Below are positions 37,985 through 47,200 of a DNA stretch of 64,000 bases, one piece after another. The translations under genes and the position numbers were made by a program. Numbering within the stretch: position 1 is the first letter of the stretch; the number at the start of each line of letters is the position of its first letter. The notes below the pieces were generated by a model that saw only the letters and a list, made by a program, of their open reading frames with translations, searched no databases and had not been told where the DNA came from. Source of the DNA: Prevotella sp. (GTDB lineage Bacteria; Bacteroidota; Bacteroidia; Bacteroidales; Dysgonomonadaceae); NCBI GenBank assembly GCA_031285625.1, contig JAITVV010000073.1:32001-96000 (forward strand), written 5' to 3'.

Positions 37985-38051
37985 TTATATCATCCCTTAT
38001 AATATAATAGTCCAAATTGATTAAATTTGGGCTATTTTTAAATTTAAGCAT

Positions 38052-38849
38052 ATGATAAACCTAGAACAACTTACTTCAAAAGTTTGTGAGATAGCTATTG
38101 AAGGAGGAAAATACCTGGCCAGCGAAAGAAAGACATTTCAGAAAGATAAAGTCATAGAGAAAGGGTCTCACGACTATGTTTCGTATGTAGATAAAGAAAC
38201 CGAAAAGCTTCTTGTAAAAAAGTTATCCGAACTATTACCGGAAGCCACTTTCATCACAGAAGAGAAGACAGTTAAATTTGAAGAAAAAGACTATTGCTGG
38301 ATTATAGATCCTCTGGATGGAACAACAAACTATATTAATGACAATACTCCGTATTGCGTAAGTATAGCATTAAGCCATAAATCAGAGTTACTGATTGGTG
38401 TTATATACGAAGTATGTAGAGATGAATGTTTCTATGCATGGAAAGACGGTAAAGCCTATCTGAATGGAACACAGATTCATGTATCAGATAAAGGCTCATT
38501 GAATCAATCATTTGTAGAGTTAGGACTACCATATAATGCAAAAGCATATAAACCTGTAATAAATCACTTAATGGATGAGCTGTATGGAAGAGCTTCTTGC
38601 ATCCGTATCAACGGATCGGCAGCAAGCGACCTGTGCTATGTCGCAGCAGGCAGGTTTGACCTCTATATAGAAGCGTATATCAATATCTGGGACTTTGCTG
38701 CAGGAGCATTAATTGTACAGGAAGCAGGAGGAAATATAACTAATTTTTCAGGAGAAGATTTCATGAAAGGGCATCATATTGTGGCTTCGAATACTTTAGT
38801 ACATAATGAGGCAGTAAAATTATTAACTCCCTTTCTTGGTAGTTTATAA
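38052..38849 (+). CDS. suhB: Inositol monophosphatase family protein
   Basis: WIIDPLDGTTNY; GSAA.DLCYVAAGRFD; WDFAAG; own -7 box TAAATTTG at 38022-38029. Confidence 0.9.
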   Translation: MINLEQLTSKVCEIAIEGGKYLASERKTFQKDKVIEKGSHDYVSYVDKETEKLLVKKLSELLPEATFITEEKTVKFEEKDYCWIIDPLDGTTNYINDNTPYCVSIALSHKSELLIGVIYEVCRDECFYAWKDGKAYLNGTQIHVSDKGSLNQSFVELGLPYNAKAYKPVINHLMDELYGRASCIRINGSAASDLCYVAAGRFDLYIEAYINIWDFAAGALIVQEAGGNITNFSGEDFMKGHHIVASNTLVHNEAVKLLTPFLGSL

Positions 38850-39018
38850 GTAGTTATCAGACAAAAAGAAAACCGCCTATAATTTAAAAGATCATAGACG
38901 GTTTTGCAGTTACTATTCATATAAACCCATAAAACCTATTAACCATAGTAGTATATTGAAATATTGAAACTTTGTCATAAAGACAAGCTATCAAATCAAT
39001 TAGCTAACAAACAGCATA

Positions 39019-40506
39019 TTACAGAGTCACCCCTGTTTTAAAGATAGCAATCTCTTTAAATCCTGTTTCTTCGTGTTTCAGTTGTTTACCATCACAAACT
39101 TCGACTGTGAAGTTTATAAAGTCAGCCAGAACGGTTTCCATACTTTTTCCTTCAAGTAAGGCTCCGGCATTAAAATCAATCCAGTTTTTCTTGAAGTTAT
39201 ATAACTTGGAATTGGTCGAAATCTTCATTGTAGGGACAAACGATCCGAACGGAGTTCCACGGCCGGTGGTAAACAATACAATCTGGCAACCGGACATAGC
39301 CAAAGCAGAGGCAGCAACAAGGTCATTGCCCGGAGCATTCAATAAGTTCAGACCATGCTTAGTGACAGGCTGAGAGTAATCCAATACATCTACAACTTCC
39401 GAATTCCCTCCTTTTTGTGTACACCCCAAAGATTTATCTTCAAGTGTTGTGATTCCCCCCGCTTTATTTCCCGGTGAAGGATTTTCATATATCGGCTGGT
39501 CAAACTTGCGGAAATAATGCTTAAAGTTATTGATAAGCAACACTGTGTCATCAAATACTTTTTCGGTCTCTGCTCGGTTCATCAATATGGTCTCTGCACC
39601 AAACATTTCAGGTACTTCCGTTAGTATGCTTGTTCCCCCCTGTGCTATAAGCCAGTCAGAGAACTGCCCTACAAGAGGATTTGCTGTAATTCCTGAGAAT
39701 CCGTCGCTACCGCCACATTTTAGTCCGACTTTAAGTTTCGATAATGGAAGAGGTTCACGTTTATCATTACGCATATTTTCTACAAGTTCCTTCATCATCT
39801 GAAATCCTGTTTCCACCTCATCTTCAACCTCCTGGGATATCAGGAACTTTACACGTTTCTCGTCCCATTCACCCATAACCTTCTTGAAGTCGGATTGCTG
39901 ATTGTTTTCACAACCTAAGCTTAGAACTAGTACGCCTCCGGCATTCGGATGTTTAGCCAATGCTGCCAGCGCTTTCTGTGTATTTACATGATCATCTCCA
40001 AGTTGGGAGCAGCCATAGTTATGTGTATAAACCCTTATATCATCTATATGCGATACATCAAGCTCAGCCTTTATACGATTGATGATAGCTTGTGCCTGCC
40101 CGTTTACACAACCTACGGTAGGAACAATCCACAATTCGTTGCGGATTCCCATCTCACCGTTGTAGCGGAGGTAACCATTTATTTTAAGGTTACTTTTTGC
40201 AATATCCAGTTTCGGATGAACGGGAATGTAGGTATATTGCAGGTCATCATGCAAATTAGTTTTCACATTATGTGTATGCACATGTTCGCCGGTATGTATG
40301 TCAACCGTAGCATGCCCGATAGGATAGCCATATTTGATCACGTCATCATCCTCTTTTATCTCCTTGATGGCAAACTTATGTCCTGTGGGAATAGGATTCT
40401 GTATAGTAACCGATACCCCGTCAATATTCAGTGCCTCTCCTTCATTAAGGTCTGCTATGGCTACACATACATTATCCGTAGATGCTATTTTTAGATATTT
40501 ATTCAT
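39019..40506 (-). CDS. uxaA: Altronate dehydratase
   Basis: SAF domain (GHKFA..IKYG..HTHN), PTVGCVN, HNYGCSQLGDD, LKCGGSDG, ENPSPGNKAGG, IFKTGVTL. Confidence 0.96.
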   Translation of the reverse strand: MNKYLKIASTDNVCVAIADLNEGEALNIDGVSVTIQNPIPTGHKFAIKEIKEDDDVIKYGYPIGHATVDIHTGEHVHTHNVKTNLHDDLQYTYIPVHPKLDIAKSNLKINGYLRYNGEMGIRNELWIVPTVGCVNGQAQAIINRIKAELDVSHIDDIRVYTHNYGCSQLGDDHVNTQKALAALAKHPNAGGVLVLSLGCENNQQSDFKKVMGEWDEKRVKFLISQEVEDEVETGFQMMKELVENMRNDKREPLPLSKLKVGLKCGGSDGFSGITANPLVGQFSDWLIAQGGTSILTEVPEMFGAETILMNRAETEKVFDDTVLLINNFKHYFRKFDQPIYENPSPGNKAGGITTLEDKSLGCTQKGGNSEVVDVLDYSQPVTKHGLNLLNAPGNDLVAASALAMSGCQIVLFTTGRGTPFGSFVPTMKISTNSKLYNFKKNWIDFNAGALLEGKSMETVLADFINFTVEVCDGKQLKHEETGFKEIAIFKTGVTL

Positions 40507-40542
40507 TTTTATATTGACTTGTTATTTAACTCGTTATTCTAA

Positions 40543-40601
40543 AAAGGTGACAAAAGTAACAGGTTTTGCTCGTTTTTTGTTTGTTACCTTTATGTAACTT
40601 T
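40543..40601 (-). repeat. Dispersed repeat, copy 3 (imperfect inverted repeat); contains -7 box (40551-40558) facing uxaA
   Basis: AAAGGTGACAAAAGTAACA...TGTTACCTTTATGTAACTTT. Confidence 0.7.
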
Positions 40602-40640
40602 CCAGCCCAATTAATCTGATATATATAATAGATAATTTTT

Positions 40641-42086
40641 TTAGCTTATTATATCCCTGAGTGCGCTCATCATGCCTTTATCCAGAATTGATTCCACATC
40701 TTTTGTCACTTCTTCTATAAAGTGAGGTACTTCTGTAAAATTCTCCTTCCACATTTCTTTATTATTGACAATACCTGTTACCCATGCCTTGATATTGTTG
40801 CGGTCATAGGTATTTTGGATAAAATCAATAAATTCCGGTGTATCGTTCGGGATAAAATTCTTAGCTGCCGCCGATTGCCCTGAGTACAGCACAAGCATAG
40901 CAGCGAACGAAAACGTTGTCAGATAAGCATTCTTGCCTAGTTTCTTGCAATTATCATATACCGTAGGATAATCACGCGTTTCCCATTTAGAGACAGAGTT
41001 TAGCGAGATATCTTTCAGGTAATGTTTCAGATACGGGTTGTAGAAGCGTTCCAGTATCTTGGCTGCAAATGCTTTCAGTTCGGCCGGATCTTCATCGATA
41101 CATGGCAAAACTTCATCGGCAACCATTTTGTTGATATACTTTTCTACTTCAGGTGAATTAAATGCATCCATAACTGTTTCGCAACCCAGTTGCAAAGCTA
41201 CAGGAACCATTGCTGTATGCGACCCGTTCAATATACGTACTTTCTTGGCGCGGAACGCTTTTATATCATCCATAAACAAGACGTTCAATCCGGCTTTATC
41301 CAATGGAAATTTTTCTTTGATGATGCTGTCTCCGCCAATTGCCCATACATGGAAGTATTCACCTTTTACAACCAGATTATCGTCGAATCCGATCTCTTCT
41401 TTTATTTCGTTGATGTTTTCGCGTGGAAATCCGGGTACAATGCGGTCTACCAATGTATCATAGAAATGGCAAGCCGTATTTACCCAGTTTATAAAACCTT
41501 CTTCCAGCTGATTTTGTTTTGCGTGTTTTAATACATATTCGCGAAGTGTAGAACCATTATCCTCAATTAATTCACAGCATATGATAAGAAGACCTTTATT
41601 TTGATCACCATTGAATTTTTTATATCGTTTATGAAGTAATGCCGTCATCTTTGCAGGAAAAGATTTAGGAGGCTCTGCATTCAGATCGTCCCCTTCTTCG
41701 TAGCGTATCCCGGCTTCCGTAGTATTGGATATTATCATTTCCAGCTCTTCACTTAAGAAAAGTTTCTCATACTCGGCATATTCACAATACGGATTCATTA
41801 TATCCATTATACTTTTTACCAAAGCTATCTCTTTTACGGGCTTTTTATCTTTTATTCCCTCCAGATAGACATGGTACATACAATCCTGAGCTTTGAATAT
41901 ATTAGCTATTTCCTGCCCCTGAGCTATGGGTTGTACAGCAATAATTCCGTGGTTCATCACACCTGCATTATTTGCTTTATCTATCATCCAGTCTACAAAG
42001 CAGCGAAGAAAATTGCCTTCGCCGAATTGAAGTATCTTTACAGGTAAATCTTGCTTCTCTACTGTCGTTCTATTAAGTTGTTTCAT
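40641..42086 (-). CDS. uxaB: Tagaturonate reductase (altronate oxidoreductase)
   Basis: LQFGEGNFLR, SNTTEAGI, LVDRIVPG, KVRILNGSHT, ERFYNP. Confidence 0.96.
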   Translation of the reverse strand: MKQLNRTTVEKQDLPVKILQFGEGNFLRCFVDWMIDKANNAGVMNHGIIAVQPIAQGQEIANIFKAQDCMYHVYLEGIKDKKPVKEIALVKSIMDIMNPYCEYAEYEKLFLSEELEMIISNTTEAGIRYEEGDDLNAEPPKSFPAKMTALLHKRYKKFNGDQNKGLLIICCELIEDNGSTLREYVLKHAKQNQLEEGFINWVNTACHFYDTLVDRIVPGFPRENINEIKEEIGFDDNLVVKGEYFHVWAIGGDSIIKEKFPLDKAGLNVLFMDDIKAFRAKKVRILNGSHTAMVPVALQLGCETVMDAFNSPEVEKYINKMVADEVLPCIDEDPAELKAFAAKILERFYNPYLKHYLKDISLNSVSKWETRDYPTVYDNCKKLGKNAYLTTFSFAAMLVLYSGQSAAAKNFIPNDTPEFIDFIQNTYDRNNIKAWVTGIVNNKEMWKENFTEVPHFIEEVTKDVESILDKGMMSALRDIIS

Positions 42087-42094
42087 GGCATGTA

Positions 42095-43321
42095 TTATTT
42101 AGTTGTAAGTATATTATATGTTACCAGACTATTCAGTCTATTTAGTACCTCATCTATGCAACGTTGCAAGTCTTCTTTTGTTCTGACCGGTTCTTTATCC
42201 AGTTCCCATGTCGGCATAAAATAGTATTCTACATATCCGTTCTGCGGAGTAAATACCATAATATGGTTAAGTGTATCCTCTGTAATTTCTTTTATCTGGG
42301 CTGTGGGCGCAAACACCACAAGTCCCTGCATATCATTATTCAGGCTTTGCTGTCCAAATGTGGCAATATATGACCATTTACTGTTTTTATCATTGCTCAC
42401 CAGTAATTCGGCTTTTTTACTCTTTATAATCCCTGTAGTAATATTATCAATCTCTTTATCTATCAGCAATTCCATATGTGATGCCCTGCTACCTGCATCT
42501 ATTGATATCAGGGAGCTCAAATCACATTTCGTTCCATTAGCATCCCATCCATAATAAATAGTCTTCACCTGGGAACGTATTTTACCATCTGCCGGAATAT
42601 AGCAGACTATACTATCTTTTTTCTCCACCCGTACTGCTTTTTCTCCATTCCATACAGCGATTGATCCCACTCCTAATGCCTTACCGACTTTCAGGTTATC
42701 CATTCCCCAATCAGACATATGATGATATTTTTCAAAATCATCTATGCCAACAGCAGGCAGAATAATATCAGAAGTTTTTTTACCGAATACATCGATTGCA
42801 TTCCGGTTATCCAGATAAAAACGAAATGCTACTTTATCGTTTTCCCAACCGGGCCCTTCATATTTTATATAATATGAATGATCACGAAAATCACCGGGTA
42901 ATGTTATATAATTTGGTTTAGCCCATGAAAAAAGACTATCCTGTTTGCTATTATAATATGGTCTGTTAATCTTATGGGATAATTCGGCATATGTCCGTTT
43001 AGGATAATCAGGTACCAACCCTTTTTGCAATTGTATAACTAATTCCTCGTTGGCTTGCATCTTCTCAATGGGGATTATTGCTTTTACAGTCCCTTTTATA
43101 TCTGTTATGACTTCAACAGGAACACTCCTGTTGTTTATTAGGGCAATATAATTTCCTAAAGATAATTTAAGATCCTTTACCGGAATTTCCAATGTGTAAT
43201 CCAAAACTGCCTGATTCGAATTATTTTTCACAGAAATAGTTTGTGCTGACAGGGTTACCTGTATCAGTAAAACCGAACAGAGAAAAAACAAAACTCTATA
43301 GACTAAAGAAAAATTACTCAT
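42095..43321 (-). CDS. DUF4861-family exported protein
   Basis: YEGPGWENDKVAFRFY..IDVFGK..WGMDNLKVGKALGVG. Start 43321 gives a signal peptide, and the -7 box at 43380-43387 disfavours ATG 43372. Confidence 0.8.
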   Translation of the reverse strand: MSNFSLVYRVLFFLCSVLLIQVTLSAQTISVKNNSNQAVLDYTLEIPVKDLKLSLGNYIALINNRSVPVEVITDIKGTVKAIIPIEKMQANEELVIQLQKGLVPDYPKRTYAELSHKINRPYYNSKQDSLFSWAKPNYITLPGDFRDHSYYIKYEGPGWENDKVAFRFYLDNRNAIDVFGKKTSDIILPAVGIDDFEKYHHMSDWGMDNLKVGKALGVGSIAVWNGEKAVRVEKKDSIVCYIPADGKIRSQVKTIYYGWDANGTKCDLSSLISIDAGSRASHMELLIDKEIDNITTGIIKSKKAELLVSNDKNSKWSYIATFGQQSLNNDMQGLVVFAPTAQIKEITEDTLNHIMVFTPQNGYVEYYFMPTWELDKEPVRTKEDLQRCIDEVLNRLNSLVTYNILTTK

Positions 43322-43409
43322 GGCTTTAAGGTTATGGTAAATCGCGTTGCCAGAGAAACAGATATCCGGCATCCGTTAGCAAATATAACAGATGCCATTA
43401 ATAAATAGA

Positions 43410-43440
43410 GGGGTGAATTTGACTTAAACAATTTCACCCC
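43410..43440. promoter_or_regulatory. 12-bp inverted repeat, candidate HTCS operator (or terminator)
   Basis: GGGGTGAATTTG-N7-CAATTTCACCCC; the half-site resembles the repeats upstream of susC. Confidence 0.5.
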
Positions 43441-43508
43441 GTATTTTTTTGAAACAACAAGTTCTAAACAAATTATTCAATATTTATTACTCACTATAAC
43501 ACAACACT

Positions 43509-44105
43509 TTATGTACACCAATAACAATTTTCATTGTCTTCAATATGTGTGTATTGTACAGTAATATTCTTATCTTTTATCCTTTCATATAATTCTGGAT
43601 AATAATATCTCGTTTTTTCTAAATTTTCGGCAGATCGCTTCTTTTTCACAGTTGTATTATCCCAATCAATCATCTTATAATAATATATTTTTTCTGCTTC
43701 TTCTATATTGGAAAATACTTTAGGAATAATAGAATGTCTTTGCTTTTGTGTTATAATAGGAAGAGTTTTTGGTATTTTACCATTGAACTCAGAGAAAAAC
43801 TTGAAAGGAGAAAATTTATTATTTGGATCACTATTTTTCAGTTCTAAAATATCGCATAATTTATAATATGTGGGAGTATCTAATATATAGTTTACCAAAT
43901 AACCATTTACAACATCTATCCAAAGTTGAAAGTTTGATTTTAGCAATAGAAATCCAAGATTATAAGGAACTGTACCTATATCGAAAAATACATCAAATTC
44001 AACACTATTCTTTTTAAACTTAAAAATTGTATAAGTTTCATTTTTTCGTCTAAGTTGAATATCTAATTCTCTTAAAGCATCTATTTTTATTGTTCTGTTA
44101 TCCAT
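43509..44105 (-). CDS. DUF6037-like hypothetical protein
   Basis: VEFDVFFDI, FSPFKFFSEFN, EEAEKIYY, RSAENLEKTR motifs; visibly more AT-rich than neighbours. Start at ATG 44105 is a preference (the track starts at 44120). Confidence 0.65.
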   Translation of the reverse strand: MDNRTIKIDALRELDIQLRRKNETYTIFKFKKNSVEFDVFFDIGTVPYNLGFLLLKSNFQLWIDVVNGYLVNYILDTPTYYKLCDILELKNSDPNNKFSPFKFFSEFNGKIPKTLPIITQKQRHSIIPKVFSNIEEAEKIYYYKMIDWDNTTVKKKRSAENLEKTRYYYPELYERIKDKNITVQYTHIEDNENCYWCT

Positions 44106-44154
44106 TGTACTAAAATACAAATTAATTAAATAAATATCTGATAATTAGCAGTAA

Positions 44155-44214
44155 ATATTTCTCTTATATATTTCTCTTATATATTTCTCTTATATATTTC
44201 TCTTATATACTTCT
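44155..44214. repeat. Tandem repeat, 13-bp unit TTTCTCTTATATA, about 4.6 copies
   Basis: Directly visible; one substitution in the last unit. Confidence 0.95.
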
Positions 44215-44239
44215 ATTCAAAACTAAAAGTGATAATTAC

Positions 44240-47200
44240 TTATAATTCTTTTGATTTATTCTTATATTCACTAGGAGTCATTCCCACAATACTTTTAAAG
44301 ATTTGTGTAAAGTATTTTGTATCTGATATACCTATCATATACGAAACCTCTTTTACCGTATACTGCTGAGTTTTCAGAAGCGCGGCAGCATATTTTATTT
44401 TTACATCCCTGATGAACTCAATAGGAGAAAACCCTGTAAGACTTTTTAGTTTTTTAAAGAATACCGTCCGGCTCATTGCCGTTGCAGCGGCAAGGTCATC
44501 CACAACAAAATCACTGTTATCGATATTATTCTCTATCTCTTCTTTGATCTTTTTAATGAATAATTCATCCTGAGGCGTTATCCTTAATCCCGGTTCCGCA
44601 TCCTTCTCTATTTGAACAGGCTTAGCCCCAACAGGCTTTTGAACAGCTCCATATGTATCATATAGTCTTTTTCGCTGGCGGATTATATTATCAATCCTTG
44701 CTTTCAGATATTTTACACTAAACGGCTTTGTTATATAATCATCAGCACCATATTCCAGGCTATCCAATCTGCTTTCCATATCCGTTTTTGCAGTAAGCAG
44801 TATAAAAGGTATATGACTGGTATCAGAGTTAGACCTTATCTTCTGCAACAACCCTACACCATCCAGTTCCGGCATCATAATATCGCTCAGAATAAAATCG
44901 GGAATAGCTTTTACAGCCACTTCATATCCCTGTTTACCATTCTCGGCATCCAATACATTATAATGGGGGCTCAATATGGTTACTATAAACCGCCTCAGGT
45001 CGGAATCATCTTCAACAACCAGAATTGTTTCCTGATCTCTATTATCATCCGTTGATTTTATGGTTTCGGATTCACTTACTTCTTCGATAGTCTCAATCGA
45101 TTCCTTACTACCCTCTTCCTTTACAGTATCGGTATATACAAATATTATATTCTCATCTTCTTTAAAATGATCGATCCCCATAGGAAATAAGACAGTAAAT
45201 ACTGAACCTTCATTTACTTCGCTATCTACAGCTATCTTCGCATGATGTTTATCTGCAACTTCCTTTACAATGGACAAACCAATCCCTGTACTGGGTTTAC
45301 TTTTATCTTTATTAAAGGATGCAAACCGGGTAAAGAGCTTACTTAATATTTCCTTACTCATGCCCCTACCCTCATCTTTCACTTCGATGGCAACGGTACG
45401 GTCTTTACTATTTTTATTTACACTGACCTCTATTGTTTTCTCCACAGAAGTATATTTGAAAGCATTCGATAAAAGATTAAATACCAGTTTTTCTACACTA
45501 TCCCTGTCAATCCATATTTTCTCACCATCCGTTCTGTCATTAAATTTCAAATTGATATTTTGAAATTCTGCTATTTTTGAGAAATTATTACATATTTCCG
45601 ACACATACTCTCCTATCTGTGTTTCCTGGATATTTAGTTTTTGCTTTTGGATTTTCCTAAAATCAAGTATTTGATTTACCATACGTTGCATACGGCTTGC
45701 GTTTTTCAGCACCAATTGTAGTTGCGACTTAATATCCCCCGGAGTATGCTCATTATCAATAATATTCTCCACCGGAGAGACAATCATTGTCAGAGGAGTG
45801 CGTATCTCATGAGAAATATCAGTAAAAAACCGGGTTTTCATCTCTGTTTGTTCATGCTCTAATTTCACCTTATCTCTTAACCGATAGAAAACAAAAAGAG
45901 TACGCAAAATGATATACAGAATAGCCCCAACAATTATAAAATACAATAAATAAGACCAGCCTGTTTGCCAGAAAGAAGGAGTAATTTCTATTGTCAGAGT
46001 ATGTTCATTATCCATCCATATACCATCACTATTAGTCGATTTTACACGGAATGTATATTTTCCGGGCGATAGATTGGTATAATTGGCAATCCGTTGTTTC
46101 TTTGTGATAATCCAGTCTTCTTCAAACCCTTCTAACTTATAAGCATAGGTAATCCGCTTTGGTTCGATATAATCGAGGGCCACAAATTCTATATTAATAA
46201 AATTCTGTTTGTGATTCAGCTTAATATAATTCTGATCGTCAATATTTTCTTTTAGCGGAGAATCCCCACCTATAGGTACATCTTTATTAGCTATCTGGAA
46301 TTTTGTCAGTGCAAGATAAGGTTTAAACAAGTTCTTGTCATACCTTCCTATACTTTCCGGATCTATTGATAGCACACCTTTAGAATATCCTATATAAACA
46401 ATTCCTGATTGTGTGGTACATCGGGCACCTTCAGAAAAATTTTGCCGATCTATCAGCCTGTTTATCTCACTATAGGTTTCAAAAGATTTTGTTTCAGGAT
46501 CAAACTTGGTGACATTCCCTTCTGTTGTGATCCATAGTTTTCCATCCTTATCTTCTACTATGGTGAGAACTACATCTAACGGCAACCCGTCTTTTATAGT
46601 ATAAGATATAAATTTAGTAGGGAAGCCCATGTTATCCACCGCTTCTATCTTATTCACTCCACCCCCGAAAGTAGCAATATAAGTTTCTCCTTTCTTTGTA
46701 GTGCATATATCATATACATCATTTTCGCTAAGGCTCTCATTATCTTCCGGAATGCGTGTATAGAACTTATAATCAATATCGTTTACCGAAGTAAAATTCG
46801 GAGAAAACATTATCAGACCTAATGTAGTACCCACACAGATATTGCCAAATTTATCTGAAAGGATTGTCCTTATCTGTGACCCATATTGGGCCGGATAATT
46901 TTTAAGATTGTTACGATAATTAATAAACCGCTCTTCTTTTTCGTCCAATAGATTAAGGCCTCCACCATATGTACCTACCCATATCCGTTTTTTGTTATCT
47001 TCGAATATAGCATATACACTATTATTACTAAGACTATACAGGTTATCAGGTGAATGCCTGTAATGTTTAATACTATATGAATTTCCGGAAGGAGTTAGCT
47101 TATATACTCCCTCTCCTTTGGTTCCTAGCCAGATATTTTTGTTACTGTCTTCAATTATGCAATAAGTAATACCTTCCAGAGGATTACCAAATTCGATACG

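Noticed and set aside
23978-43372. Longest-ORF starts at 23978, 31034 and 43372
   Set aside because: Each overlaps or lies within a few bp of a TAnnTTTG promoter box; the downstream ATGs (24020, 30995, 43321) fit better.
44155-44214. Possible CRISPR array
   Set aside because: Head-to-tail 13-bp units with no spacers and no cas genes; it is a simple VNTR.
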